Assembly: GCA_965237525.1 (NCBI GenBank)
Contig: CBDEFO010000007.1
Span: 672,001 to 736,000, forward strand
Direction: 5' to 3'
Source: Candidatus Latescibacterota bacterium
Lineage (GTDB): Bacteria; Latescibacterota; CBDEFO01
Length of the DNA: 64,000 bases
The translations under genes and the position numbers were made by a program. A model generated the notes under the pieces. The model saw nothing but the letters and a program-made list of their open reading frames with translations, searched no databases and was not told the origin of the DNA. Each line of letters opens with the position of its first letter. Position 1 is the stretch's first letter. Below, piece after piece: positions 10,948 through 22,579 of this stretch.

Positions 10948-13900
10948 ATGAGAAAAATGCTCATATTTCCGGCTCTGCTCCTTGTAATACTATCCTTCGG
11001 GGCGGATGTTCAAGCACAACAAAATAGTAAGTACGTTGAACATCAAGTGATTGTTAAGATGAGTGAAAAGATTCAAGCAGCGGATATCGTTAGTATGAGA
11101 GAGAACCTTAATGCTTCAGTGCTCAAGAAATTATGGATCGTTGACGCTGAACTTTGGGAAACACCGGGAATTACCGTGGAAGATGCTATCTATCAATACC
11201 GTAATGACCCTCGTATCGAATATATTGAGCCGAACTATCGTGTCTGGGCTGTGGAAACTATCCCGAACGATAGCAGCTTTTCTCAGCTTTGGGGATTGCA
11301 CAATACTGGGCAGACAGGCGGAACATCCGATGCGGACATCAATGCTGTTGACGCCTGGGATATTCAGACTGGCACTGATGTCTTAATAGGCGTCATAGAT
11401 ACAGGCGTAGACTGGACGCACGAAGAACTTGCGGATAATATCTGGACTAATCCGGGAGAGATCCCAGATAACGGTATTGATGATGATGGAAACGGTTACA
11501 TCGATGACGTCAGAGGATGGGACTTTGTAAACAAGGATAATGATCCTATGGACGACAACGGTCACGGAACTCACGTAGCCGGGACCATTGCTGCTGTCGG
11601 AAATAATGGAATAGGCGTTGTTGGAGTCTCTTGGTCGGCACAAATAATGCCACTTAAGTTTTTGGGAGCCGATGGTTCTGGAATTACCTCCGATGCGATT
11701 TTAGCTATAGAATATGCGATGATGATGAGCGCAAAATTAACTAACAATAGTTGGGGTAGCAGTGGATTTTCCCAGGCTTTATATAATGCGATTGCTGTTT
11801 CAGGGAACGCTAACATCCTCTTCATAGCCGCCGCAGGAAATGGAGGTGATGATAATATCGGAGATGATAATGATCAGGACCCTCACTACCCTTCCAGCTA
11901 CGATTTGGACAATATCATTTCCGTTGCCTCCACGAATCATAACGATGCTAAATCTTCCTTTTCCAACTTCGGCTTTACGTCAGTCGATCTGGGCGCTCCG
12001 GGCTCAAGTATTCTCAGCACCGTGCCAGGAGATACCTACAGCTTTCTCAGCGGGACCTCTATGGCGACGCCACATGTGTCCGGCGCTGCCGCTTTGATTT
12101 GGGCTCAATATCCAGATCTGACGAATCTTCAGGTCAAGAATAGGATTGTGAGCACTGTAGATCCGATCCCTGCGTTAGATGGCAGATCGGTTACAGGTGG
12201 AAGACTGAATGCCTTTGTTGCATTAGCAGAACCGGATAGTATCCCACCGGCTGCCGTGACCGATTTAGCCGCAGCAGACCCGACCTCAAATTCTATAACG
12301 CTTACATGGACAGCCAGCGGGGATGACAGCGCCTTCGGCACATCAGCGTATTATGATATCCGATATGCAACCTCTCCGATCGATTCCGGGAATTTTGATT
12401 TGGCTACTGAAGTTTTGAACGAACCGGATCCTCAAGAGACTGGTTCTTTGGAGACGTTCACAACAGGTGGACTAGGTTTCAATACGACCTACTATTTTGC
12501 CCTGAGAGTTTTTGATGAGCAGGGGAATGGGTCAAAAGTTTCTAACTCGCCATCGGCTGCGACGTTGGGCAAACCTGATATCTCAGTTACACCGGATTCT
12601 CTGAGCGATAGTCTGCTCACAGCAAGCACATCCACTCAAATCCTTACTATATACAATGTAGGAGAGGGAACGTTAGACTTTACTTTTCCGGATTTTGCTT
12701 CTGCCGCTTTATTAAACACGCCAGGGATTGAAAGGAACGATGTCTCAAGTCGTTTTGAACATTTAGGACTCGAAAAGGGGCTGACAGATCTGCGAGAGGG
12801 GAATCCCCTCATTTTAGGAGCAGGAGGCCCAGATGGCTTTGGCTATCGGTGGATCGATAGCGATGAACCGGGTGGACCCATCTTTAACTGGATTGAAATA
12901 TCGAAAGTCGGGACACCGATATTGTTACTTGATGATGATGTTGAGGAAGTCACTCTGCCTTTTACCTTTCCGTTTTATGGAGAAGCAAAGACAACCCTCA
13001 AGATCTCGTCGAATGGCTATCTTACGTTTGGTGCAGATGGGACAGATTTCTCAAATGATCCTATTCCAGATCCTGTTGATCCCAATGACTTAATTGCGCC
13101 ATTTTGGGACGATTTGAATCCGAGCGCTGACGACACTATCTTTTACTATCACGACACTGATCAGAATCGATTTATTGTGCAGTACACTGGGCTTCCTCAC
13201 TATAGCGCTGGAGGTCCCTACACCTTCCAAGTTATCCTCTACACTGATGGCAGTATGCTCTTTCAGTATCTGGATATGCTTCCTCCTTTGGATAGTGCCA
13301 CGATAGGTGTCGAAAACCGAGATGCTTCCGATGGCTTACAAGTAGCTCTTAACACAGACTTTATCCATGATAGTCTCGCCGTTAGTGTCTCAGCTATTCC
13401 TCAATGGTTAAGCCTTAATCCTGTATCTGGCACTGTTCTACCGGGTTCATCGGTGGACATTGCTGTGAACTTCGATGCAACAGGTTTGAACGGCGGCAAT
13501 TATGATGCGCATATTGTGATTGCCAGCAACGATCCGGATGAGCCACAGGTACGAGTTCCTGCGCATCTGCATGTGACAGGCGTGCCGGATATTGCTGTTT
13601 CTGCTGATACTTTGGATTATGGCTTTGCCCTCATTGGAGCATCTGTCGACGATACGCTGATTGTCTCGAATATAGGGACCGATACATTGACGGTGAGCAG
13701 CATTGCATCGGATAATCCAAATTATACCGTAGATTTGACCGGTCTTAGATTAGCTCCCGGAGAAAGTCAGGAGGCGTTGGTAAGTTTTGCGCCGGTAGAT
13801 ACAGGAATAAGTAGCGGGACATTGACGATAACAAGTGATGTTCCGGATGCACCCATGGTGACTGTGACGCTAACTGGCGAGGGATTAATTGCGCCGAATA

Positions 13901-16018
13901 TTTCTGTTTCTCCAGATTCGTTAAGTGCAGATTTGCGAACTGGAGAGACATCGACACAGTTATTGACAATCAAGAACACCGGTGGCAGTGATTTGAATCT
14001 TGATATCTCGATTGAAGGAGTGGCAGCTGCTTCAGTGTCGGTAGAAGTTCGTTCCAGGAGTTTCGAGCGAAGATTAACTATTCAATTGCAGGATAATCCA
14101 CAAAAGGAATGGAGCGACTATCGGCAAATTCGTCAGGTAAAGACGGCGATGAAGAAGCTACCTCTCGAGCAAGATGCTCTGAGAATGTCGCTTCCTGTTG
14201 TGATAGAGGATCCTGTTGGTGATGGCGGCGTTGTTGACGTAACCGTTCTACGAGGCGCCAGTACATCGAACGAACTTCAGATCGAGATGGAATTTAATAC
14301 AGAAATTGATCCATTCGAATTTGGCGGTTTTCTTTCACTTGACGTAGATCAAAACCCCAGTACAGGTCTTCCTCCAAGTTTCGGGATCGCTGGACAAGAT
14401 ATCGGTGCAGAATATGAATTTCGGTTTTTCACAGTTAGCAGCGGTTTTGTGGGACTTTATGATGTCATATCAGGTTTTGTAGGTGCCTATCCTGTTGAAG
14501 TTGGGATATATACCTTGCGTTTTTCTGCACCGCTGTCTGATATTGGCAATGATGATGGAAACATGGATGTCACGGGAGCTATAGGAGACGTATTTGGCCC
14601 TACGGATTGGCTCCCAGATGCAGGTCATGGAACTATCAGTGGTGTCAGTTGGTTGTCAGTAACGCCTACCATGGACACTGTGCCAGCGAGTTCATCGGTG
14701 GATGTTGGAGTGGCCTTCGATGCCGCACATCTTAATGGTGGCGATTATGATGCACATATTGTGATTGCCAGCAACGATCCGGATGAGCCAGAAGTTCGAG
14801 TTCCTGCATATCTGCATGTAAGGGAAAATAGCTCGCCCGGCTCCTTTACCCGATTACTCCCTGCAGATAGCAGTCTTGTCCTGGCTCAAGCCGTAATCTT
14901 CCGCTGGACGGCGGCTCCCGATGTGGATACGATTATCTATTCGCTGTCCATCAGCGTAAATAGGATCGATATGACCTTCACCATAGAAGACACGACACTG
15001 ACGATTGATTTCCAGACGTTCGGCTTGCCGAACGATCGGCTTCCGGTGACGTGGTCGGTGCTCGCCTCCGACGGCATCTTGACCTCGTCGCCGACCAACG
15101 GCGACGGACACTTCACGCTGAACAACCTCTTCCTGTTCGGCGATCCTTCGGGCAACGGTTCAATCACCGCTTTTGATGCGACATTGGTGCTGCGGCACTC
15201 CGTGGGGCTTTTCACGCTGGCAGGCAGTGCCGCGGTGGCCTCGGATGTCTCCGGCAATGGCCTGATTAGTGCTTTTGATGCCTCCTCGATCCTGCAGTAC
15301 GTCGTCGGGCTCATCGACTGCTTTCCTGTCGATCCGGGCTGTGGGACACCACTGGCTAAGAGGACAAGCGTTAGAGGTACACTCGGCTGGTCTGATGTCA
15401 GATCGGTCGATCTTTCCGAACTTGTTAGTCTGCCTATCCTCTGGAGCGGAGAAGTAGGAAGGGTTACTTCAGCGCAGTTAACCGTCCACATAGACCCGAT
15501 GCAGGCTGCAGTTGAAAAAGTAGTCGCTCATGTACCTCAAGACTGGCAGTTGGTCTATAGCGTGGGGGACAGTGCGCTGTATGTGGCGATGGCCGGTGTG
15601 ACCCCGATCTCGGTCGGCGAGCTGGTGACCATTACAGTGCAGGTGCACGATCCAGTGGCGCAGGTGACGCTGCACGGCACGGGGTTTGTGAATGAAAGTG
15701 TCACAGGAACTCGGCGTGGTGACGATCGGTCAGGTGCCGACAGAATACGCGCTGGAGCAAAACTTCCCAAACCCATTCAACCTCACCACACAGATTATGT
15801 ATCAGTTGCCAGAGGCTTCGGAGGTACACCTGGTCATCTACGACCTGTTGGGTCAAAAGGTCCGGACTCTGGTGAACACCCAACAGGCACCAGGGTTCTA
15901 TAGAGTCCAGTGGGACGGACAAAATGACGCAGGTGTGGATGTCGCAGCAGGTGTCTATCTGTATCGAATCCGGGCTAAGCACTACCAACAGACGAGGAAG
16001 ATGTTGCTGTTGAAATAA
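10948..16018 (+). CDS. Secreted multidomain S8 (subtilisin-like) serine peptidase with a frameshift before the C-terminal FlgD/T9SS-like domain
   Basis: Signal peptide and prodomain, catalytic triad IDTG / HGTHVAG / GTSMATPH, FN3, Ig-like repeats, dockerin-like GDPSGNG/SDVSGNG and cohesin-like domains. The C-terminal domain (YALEQNFPNPFN...RKMLLLK) lies in another frame (15692..16018). Confidence 0.9.
13405..14820 (+). repeat. Intragenic duplication of about 170 bp (approx. 13405-13575 and 14650-14820)
   Basis: Both copies encode GG(N/D)YDAHIVIASNDPDEP(Q/E)VRVPA(H/Y)LHV with near-identical DNA. Confidence 0.8.
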
Positions 16019-16198
16019 CGAATAAACTGCATAAGTCTCTGCAAATTCATATAAATCACCACGCAAAAGCACGATCTGTTCCTCTTTCATCTGTCCATCT
16101 GTTCTGCTTACCTTTTCCAAGCAGATATGATTTCCCCTAACCTCGTAAGTATCCTATCATATTCCCGACTTGTGCAGAATGGCTACACGAGTTTTACC

Positions 16199-16227
16199 TT
16201 GACACAGAGGGCTTTTTTAGCTAAATT
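16199..16227 (+). promoter_or_regulatory. sigma70-type promoter
   Basis: TTGACA-N17-TAAATT upstream of the DUF2723 gene. Confidence 0.6.
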
Positions 16228-16272
16228 TCTGGAAGTTCAGATGGCTACGACACGATCTAGGAACGGTGTTAC

Positions 16273-18834
16273 TTGGCAAACAGGGGAGTTATGGTCAATC
16301 ACAAGATGATCAATAGAATCACAGGAGGAATAATATTCTTAACTGTTTTAGGGGTCTATCTGAAGACTGTGGCACCTACGGTCTCCTTCTGGGACTGTGG
16401 AGAGTTCATAGCATCGGCTTATATAATGGGTGTTCCGCATCCCCCGGGGACCCCGCTCTATGTTCTTATAGGGAGGCTATTCAGTCTACTTCCGATAGGA
16501 GGAGAGATCGCCTGGAGGGTTAATATAATATCCTCTGTAAGTAGCGCGCTGGCGGTTCTGATGATATACTTGGTTACTGTACGCTTAATCTTGTTCTGGA
16601 GTGGAATTGGATTTTCTACGATTCAATCACAGACGGAAGGCCTGTCACAAGACCTGTCACTTACGGAGCTTATCCCCGCATATGCAGGCGGAGCTATGGC
16701 GGCGTTCTGTGTGGCTTTTTCAGACACATTCTGGTTCAACGCAGTGGAGGCTGAAGTCTATGGTTCTTCTGTTTTGGTGACTATGTTGGCCGTGTGGCTG
16801 TCGATGTTGTGGATGGAACGGCACGATGATCATGAAAGCGACAAGATATTGCTCTTTATAGCTTACCTGTTCGGATTGGGGAGCGGGATGCATCTTCTGT
16901 CTCTTTTGACTATTCCGAGTATTTTGATTTTGATACTCTTTACAAATGCAAGACCGCTCAAGAATCCTAAACTGTGGATCGCAGCTATATCCCTCTTTAT
17001 TTTAGGATGGTCTACGGTTTTTGCGCTCTACATAAGGTCCGGATTGAATCCGGCTATTGATGAGAATAATCCGGAAAACTTCCGTAATTTTATGCAGTTC
17101 CTTCAAAGGAAGCAGTACGGTCAAGAGAGCTTACTTGTGACTCTATTTAATCGAAAATCGGACTTCTGGGGATTTCAGGTATGGCATATGTTTATGAAGT
17201 ACTTCTTTCAGCAGTTTCCCCTCCCTGACGTGTTTCCATTTTCGCTATTTAGTAGGATCTCCCAGTTCAGAAAAGCTACAGCAAATGAGTATATGACAGT
17301 TAAGATCTCGCTTATCCCTTACATCCTGGGAATCGCAGGGATGTACGTCCATTTAAGGAAAGATTGGAAAAGAGCGCTTGCGTTTGTGGTGTTGTTTGTG
17401 ATTATGGGATTCGGGTTGGTAGTGTACCTGAATATGCAAGATCCTCAGCCCAGAGAGAGGGATTATTTCTTCGTGGGGGCATTTACGATATTCGCCATGT
17501 GGATTGGGATAGCCCTGTCTGGGATCTTAGATTGGTTAGTTAAAAGGATAAGGAGGCTAACAGGGATCGCCTATGCTGTTATAGCCCTCGTGGTGTTGAT
17601 CTTTCTGGCGGTGCCTGCGGCGATGTCAAAAGCGAACTATCACTCTCACGACAGGACAGGGGATTACGTTTCGTTCGATTATGGATACAATATAATTCAA
17701 TCGTGTGATAAAGACGCTATATTGTTTACGAACGGGGATAATGACACATTTCCACTGTGGTTCCTTCAGGAGGTTATGCAGATAAGGAAGGATATTAAAG
17801 TTGTAAATTTGAGCCTTCTGAATACGCCATGGTATATAAAACAGCTGAGGGATTTCGAGCCTAAGATTAAGATAGAGTACAGCGATAATTATATAGATAA
17901 CGTGCTGTGCGGATCGACTGCGGAGGCTGTGATGACCAGGAAATGGGATAAGGAACGGTTCGAAAAGGCGGTGGCCGCTGGGATGAAGTGGAAGATCCCC
18001 TCTCCGGGTGGTAATTATAATATACTCAGGATTCAGGACGTGATGGTCTATAATATCATACATTGGAATAAGTGGGAAAGACCTGTATATTTCGCTGTGA
18101 CTGCGGCAACGTCGAATATGATAGGTTTGAAGAGTGCAGGACATCTGATTATGGAGGGCATGGTCTTCCGCGTTATGAAGGATAAGGTCACAAGTTACAG
18201 AAGCTTGGATCCAGAAAGGTCGAAGCATAACCTGTGGAATGTGTATCAGTACAGAGGATTAAAGGACCCTGAGGTATATAAGGATGCGAACACTTTGAAG
18301 CTGTTGGCAAACTACAGGGCGGCGTATCTCCAGCTTGCCGACGTCTACAGGGTTATGAGAAGACCCGATGAGGCTGTAGAGACACTCGAAAGGTGCGACG
18401 AGTTGGTCCCTATGTACTGGGTGGACTACAGGGTGTCGTCTCAGATATTGGCCGCGGCGGGCAGGCGCGAAGCAGCGGGGGAGTTTTTAGAAAAGGGGCT
18501 GGAAGATGCCAAAAAGAAAGGAACGAACGCTCTTCTTCAGATCGCCTCTTCTTTTATAACGGACGCGCAGAATTACGACAGAGCGGTCAAAGTGTACACA
18601 GAGGTGACAGAGGTATCTCCTTTTGAGAAGGACGCATACTACGGACTCGCACTTGCTCTTGAGAAAAAGCAGGACTACAAAGCCTCACTAGAGACTCTGG
18701 AGCACCTTCTGGAACTTTTTCCTGAAGATGAGAAGGCCAAAAGCGGCATCGAGGGGCTCAAGAAGTTAGCCGATGTGGAGAAAGAGCCAGGGGATGCAGG
18801 AAACAGTGGACAATCTGAGTCGGGAATACCTTGA
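16273..18834 (+). CDS. DUF2723 / TMEM260-like GT-C membrane glycosyltransferase with C-terminal TPRs
   Basis: Motifs APTVSFWDCGEFI, GVPHPPGTPLY, AVEAEVY, RERDYFF and FTNGDNDTFPLW, with many TM helices and a TPR-like tail. The true start may be slightly downstream. Confidence 0.88.
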   Translation: MANRGVMVNHKMINRITGGIIFLTVLGVYLKTVAPTVSFWDCGEFIASAYIMGVPHPPGTPLYVLIGRLFSLLPIGGEIAWRVNIISSVSSALAVLMIYLVTVRLILFWSGIGFSTIQSQTEGLSQDLSLTELIPAYAGGAMAAFCVAFSDTFWFNAVEAEVYGSSVLVTMLAVWLSMLWMERHDDHESDKILLFIAYLFGLGSGMHLLSLLTIPSILILILFTNARPLKNPKLWIAAISLFILGWSTVFALYIRSGLNPAIDENNPENFRNFMQFLQRKQYGQESLLVTLFNRKSDFWGFQVWHMFMKYFFQQFPLPDVFPFSLFSRISQFRKATANEYMTVKISLIPYILGIAGMYVHLRKDWKRALAFVVLFVIMGFGLVVYLNMQDPQPRERDYFFVGAFTIFAMWIGIALSGILDWLVKRIRRLTGIAYAVIALVVLIFLAVPAAMSKANYHSHDRTGDYVSFDYGYNIIQSCDKDAILFTNGDNDTFPLWFLQEVMQIRKDIKVVNLSLLNTPWYIKQLRDFEPKIKIEYSDNYIDNVLCGSTAEAVMTRKWDKERFEKAVAAGMKWKIPSPGGNYNILRIQDVMVYNIIHWNKWERPVYFAVTAATSNMIGLKSAGHLIMEGMVFRVMKDKVTSYRSLDPERSKHNLWNVYQYRGLKDPEVYKDANTLKLLANYRAAYLQLADVYRVMRRPDEAVETLERCDELVPMYWVDYRVSSQILAAAGRREAAGEFLEKGLEDAKKKGTNALLQIASSFITDAQNYDRAVKVYTEVTEVSPFEKDAYYGLALALEKKQDYKASLETLEHLLELFPEDEKAKSGIEGLKKLADVEKEPGDAGNSGQSESGIP

Positions 18835-18898
18835 AGAAAGGAACAGCGAAGCTCAATCGTCTCCATGTAGGAATCTATAGGAAGGAGCTAGGGAGGAG

Positions 18899-19087
18899 AT
18901 GAAGAATTGGATAGACGATAAGGTGCTGGAAAGATGCGTTGAGCCTCTGTACATTTGTGGCTCTATGAATGGAAGTTATATAATCTACGCTCCACACGAT
19001 TCATGGGCTGTTAAGAGGGAAAGGGATTATAAAGGACTGATCGAGGACGTAATAGGCGTGACTGTGGATGTAGTTGGTGAGGATTGA
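18899..19087 (+). CDS. Small hypothetical protein
   Basis: 62-aa ORF with a GGAGG RBS, in operon orientation. Confidence 0.4.
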   Translation: MKNWIDDKVLERCVEPLYICGSMNGSYIIYAPHDSWAVKRERDYKGLIEDVIGVTVDVVGED

Positions 19088-19106
19088 GGATTAAGAAAAT
19101 AATGTA

Positions 19107-19451
19107 ATGGCGGAGCGGATAAACAACTGGCAGGAGATAGTGCTTCCACCGGGATGGTCTGAGGTTTCGGTCCCCCAAAAGGATGGAAAGGTGCACTTTG
19201 ATGGAAAAGTCAGGGAGTTTATACTCGGAGGGGAGAAAAACTACGGGGAGTGCAAAAACAGGATAAGGGTATTCTGGAACAGCAGAAAGGATGAAAAGCG
19301 CGGATGGGGTATATACCAGATGAAAAATGGGAAGGTCGCGTCTAAAATGATCGTAAGAGCAAAGGGGATAGCTCAAAAGGGGAGAGACCCTGAAGAGTTC
19401 CCCACTGAGGAATTATTGGACACAATAGATAGGTTTGAGATCTTCGATTAG
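19107..19451 (+). CDS. Hypothetical protein
   Basis: 114-aa ORF in operon orientation with no recognised motif. Confidence 0.55.
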   Translation: MAERINNWQEIVLPPGWSEVSVPQKDGKVHFDGKVREFILGGEKNYGECKNRIRVFWNSRKDEKRGWGIYQMKNGKVASKMIVRAKGIAQKGRDPEEFPTEELLDTIDRFEIFD

Positions 19452-19502
19452 AGATAGGAGTGCATGGGAGAGTCAAGGATACGATTCAAGAGAGGATAGG
19501 TT

Positions 19503-20465
19503 ATGAAACGGGCATTGATAACTGGAATTACTGGTCAGGACGGATCTTATCTTGCCGAGTTTCTACTGGGGAAAGGATACAGGGTGTACGGCTTAATAAG
19601 GAGGAGTAGTACGGTACATCTTGAGAGAATCCATCATCTGGAGGACAAGATAATTACTCTACCTGGCGATCTTTTGGATCAGAATTCGCTTGTAAGCGCC
19701 CTCAAGGAGTCCGATCCCGATGAGGTCTATAACTTAGGTGCGCAGTCTTTCGTCGCTGCGTCCTGGTCTCAGCCTATACTGACGGGGGAGATCACCGGCC
19801 TTGGGGTTACCAGCCTGTTGGAGTCCATAAAGGCCGTAAAGCCAGACGCTAAATTCTACCAGGCGTCCACGAGTGAGATGTTCGGTAAGGTTCAAGCGAG
19901 TCCGCAAAACGAAAAGACGCCCTTTTATCCGCGCAGTCCTTACGGTGTATCTAAGCTTTATGGCCATTGGATAACTGTAAATTATCGCGAGAGTTACAAT
20001 ATATTCGCCTGTTCCGGCATATTGTTCAACCACGAATCTCCCAGAAGAGGGTTTGAATTCGTAACCAGAAAGATAACAAGCACTATTGCAAAGATAAAGT
20101 GGGGATTGGCAGATAGACTAAGCCTCGGCGATCTGGATCCTGAAAGGGATTGGGGGTTCGCCGGAGACTACGTTGAGTCTATGTGGTTGATGCTTCAGCA
20201 GGATGAGCCGGACGAATACGTCGTGGCTACTGGAGTGGCTCACTCTGTCAGGGATTTCGTGAAACTGGCGTTCGAGTGCGCAGATATGAATTGGGAGGAC
20301 TATGTAGACATAGACAAGCAGTTCTTCAGACCAGCTGAGGTCAATAATCTAGTGGGCGATGCGACCAAGGCAAGAAAAAGGTTAGGCTGGGAGCCGAAGG
20401 TTACCTTTGAGGAACTGATAAAGATGATGGTGGAGTCAGACTTGGTCCTGTTCAGCCGAAAGTAG
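19503..20465 (+). CDS. gmd: GDP-mannose 4,6-dehydratase
   Basis: Motifs [35 protein letters not shown] and NHESPRRG. Confidence 0.97.
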   Translation: MKRALITGITGQDGSYLAEFLLGKGYRVYGLIRRSSTVHLERIHHLEDKIITLPGDLLDQNSLVSALKESDPDEVYNLGAQSFVAASWSQPILTGEITGLGVTSLLESIKAVKPDAKFYQASTSEMFGKVQASPQNEKTPFYPRSPYGVSKLYGHWITVNYRESYNIFACSGILFNHESPRRGFEFVTRKITSTIAKIKWGLADRLSLGDLDPERDWGFAGDYVESMWLMLQQDEPDEYVVATGVAHSVRDFVKLAFECADMNWEDYVDIDKQFFRPAEVNNLVGDATKARKRLGWEPKVTFEELIKMMVESDLVLFSRK

Positions 20466-20482
20466 AAGTCGTATTATCCCTT

Positions 20483-21604
20483 ATGTATAATATATTAGTT
20501 ATTGACTACAGGGATATTTCCCATCCCGAGGCCGGCGGCGCTGAGGTCCTTGTACATGAAATTTTCGGAAGGTTAGCCAACAGGGGACATAGAATAACAC
20601 TGCTATGTTCAGGCTACAAAGGCGGAAAACTCAAGGAGTATATAGGAGGGATGAGGATCTTAAGGGTGGGCAATCAACACAATTTCAATTTTGTGGTGCC
20701 CTATGTCTACCGCAGGAGACTTAGCAAAAACAGCTACGATGCAATTGTGGAGGATATAAATAAGATCCCATTTTTTATGCCTCTTTTTTCAAATACCTGT
20801 GTCCTGCCTGTGCTGCCTCATATCTTTGGAACGACACTGTTCAAGCAGGCACCTTTTCCGTTGGCTCTGTATGTGTACAGCTACGAGAAACTCATCCCTT
20901 TCGTATATAGAAACTGTAAGATCTCAGTCCTGTCCCAAAGCACGAAGGAAGATCTTATCGAAAGAGGACTGCCCGAGGAGAATCTACAGGTTATACATCC
21001 AGGGGTGGACCGGATTCTATATAATACAGGGGATGGAGTTGCAAAGGACTCTTCCCCGATAATCCTCTACGTTGGGAGGATAAAGCAGTATAAGTGCATA
21101 GATCACGTAATACGGGCTATGCCGAGGATTTTGCATAGGGTGCCAGACGCTCAGTATCTTGTCGCAGGGACGGGAGATTATTTAGATAGTTTAAGACGTT
21201 TGACGTCGAAACTGGATTTAGATGATAATGTTAAGTTCTTGGGGTACATAAGCCATGACAAGAAGGCGGACCTTATGAGGAGGGCGAACCTTTTGGTCTA
21301 TACGTCTCCGAAGGAGGGCTGGGGCTTGTCGGTGATCGAGGCTAACGCCTGCGGGACATGCGCCGTGGGAAGCCGCTCTCCGGGGCTTAAGGACGCTGTG
21401 GTCGATAAAGAGACGGGATTTTTGGTGGAACATGGGGATATAGAGGCTCTTGGGGAGGCGATAGTTGAGGTGCTGTCGAACGATGCCCTTAGGGGAAGAC
21501 TTTCGAGAAACGCCCATGCCTGGTCCCAAAACTTCAGCTGGGAGAGGGCGGCAGATGAGACGCTTGAACTGATTGAGCAGGCGATCGAAGGGACGGATAG
21601 TTGA
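20483..21604 (+). CDS. Glycosyltransferase family 4
   Basis: HPEAGGAE, YVGRIKQYK and EGWGLSVIEANACG (EX7E motif). Confidence 0.92.
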   Translation: MYNILVIDYRDISHPEAGGAEVLVHEIFGRLANRGHRITLLCSGYKGGKLKEYIGGMRILRVGNQHNFNFVVPYVYRRRLSKNSYDAIVEDINKIPFFMPLFSNTCVLPVLPHIFGTTLFKQAPFPLALYVYSYEKLIPFVYRNCKISVLSQSTKEDLIERGLPEENLQVIHPGVDRILYNTGDGVAKDSSPIILYVGRIKQYKCIDHVIRAMPRILHRVPDAQYLVAGTGDYLDSLRRLTSKLDLDDNVKFLGYISHDKKADLMRRANLLVYTSPKEGWGLSVIEANACGTCAVGSRSPGLKDAVVDKETGFLVEHGDIEALGEAIVEVLSNDALRGRLSRNAHAWSQNFSWERAADETLELIEQAIEGTDS

Positions 21605-22578
21605 AGAGATTTCTAATCTCGGCCATAAAGATATGCGTGAGTCTGGGATTGATCGCCCTTCTGCTCTACAAAATAGGTCTTGAGCGTCTCTTTTTGGATA
21701 TAAGTTCTGCAAGGTTGGACTATGTCCTCATTGCGATTTTGATATTTGTGCTGAGCATGTTGTTAGGGGCTGCCCAGTGGTATCTTCTCCTTGTAGCTCA
21801 GGGTATCCAAATCTCTTTTGGCAAGGCTGCCTTGTTCTACTTTATTGGGATGTTCTTCAATAACGTCCTTCCGGGGAATATAGCGGGGGATGCGGTTCGA
21901 GTCTATGACGTAAGGAGACTGTCAGGTGAGGGGAGCAGGGCGTTCGCAGCGACGTTTATGGACAGGTTCGTGGGGTTTTTTTTCCTGATATCCCTTTCTA
22001 TTGCAGCTTTTGCCTTTTCGGACGAGCTTTGGGACTATAGGTTGCTCCTTTTTTCTATAGGATTACTGTGCCTCGTGTCGGCAGGTGCGTTATGCGTTGG
22101 GCTGAGCAGGAGACTGGGAACTTTAGCTGAGAGGGCCGCGCTTGCGGTCGCTCCCACGTGGATAGCTGAGAGGCTAAAGAAGGTGAAGGAGGCTCTATTC
22201 TTGTATCGTTCGAGGCTGAGGCTGCTCTGCTGCGTAGCTTTGATTTCACTGTGCGTTCAAGTTCTGAGGATCGCCGTGCACTACGTCGCAGGTCTGTCGT
22301 TAGATTTGGATGTGGGATTCAAATACTTTCTGGTCTTTGTGCCTTTGGTAGCTATATTCGGGAGCGTTCCTATCTCATTTGGAGGATTGGGAGTAATGGA
22401 GACTATAGAAGTTCTATTCTTTAGTCTGTTAGATGTGGAAAGTTCTACTGCTTTTTCCATAGGGCTCCTGGCTCGGTTTGCAGGTATAGTTTCAAGCGTT
22501 ATAGGAGGAGTCCTATTTGTGATGAGAAGAGGCGAGAGGGAACCACAGGGTTTGCAGGTACAGAGACTTCGAGATTGA
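21601..22578 (+). CDS. Lysylphosphatidylglycerol synthase TM-domain / flippase-like membrane protein
   Basis: Motifs FFNNVLPGNIAGDAVR, DRFVG and PISFGGLGVME, multi-TM. Confidence 0.85.
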   Translation: MKRFLISAIKICVSLGLIALLLYKIGLERLFLDISSARLDYVLIAILIFVLSMLLGAAQWYLLLVAQGIQISFGKAALFYFIGMFFNNVLPGNIAGDAVRVYDVRRLSGEGSRAFAATFMDRFVGFFFLISLSIAAFAFSDELWDYRLLLFSIGLLCLVSAGALCVGLSRRLGTLAERAALAVAPTWIAERLKKVKEALFLYRSRLRLLCCVALISLCVQVLRIAVHYVAGLSLDLDVGFKYFLVFVPLVAIFGSVPISFGGLGVMETIEVLFFSLLDVESSTAFSIGLLARFAGIVSSVIGGVLFVMRRGEREPQGLQVQRLRD

Positions 22579-22579
22579 G

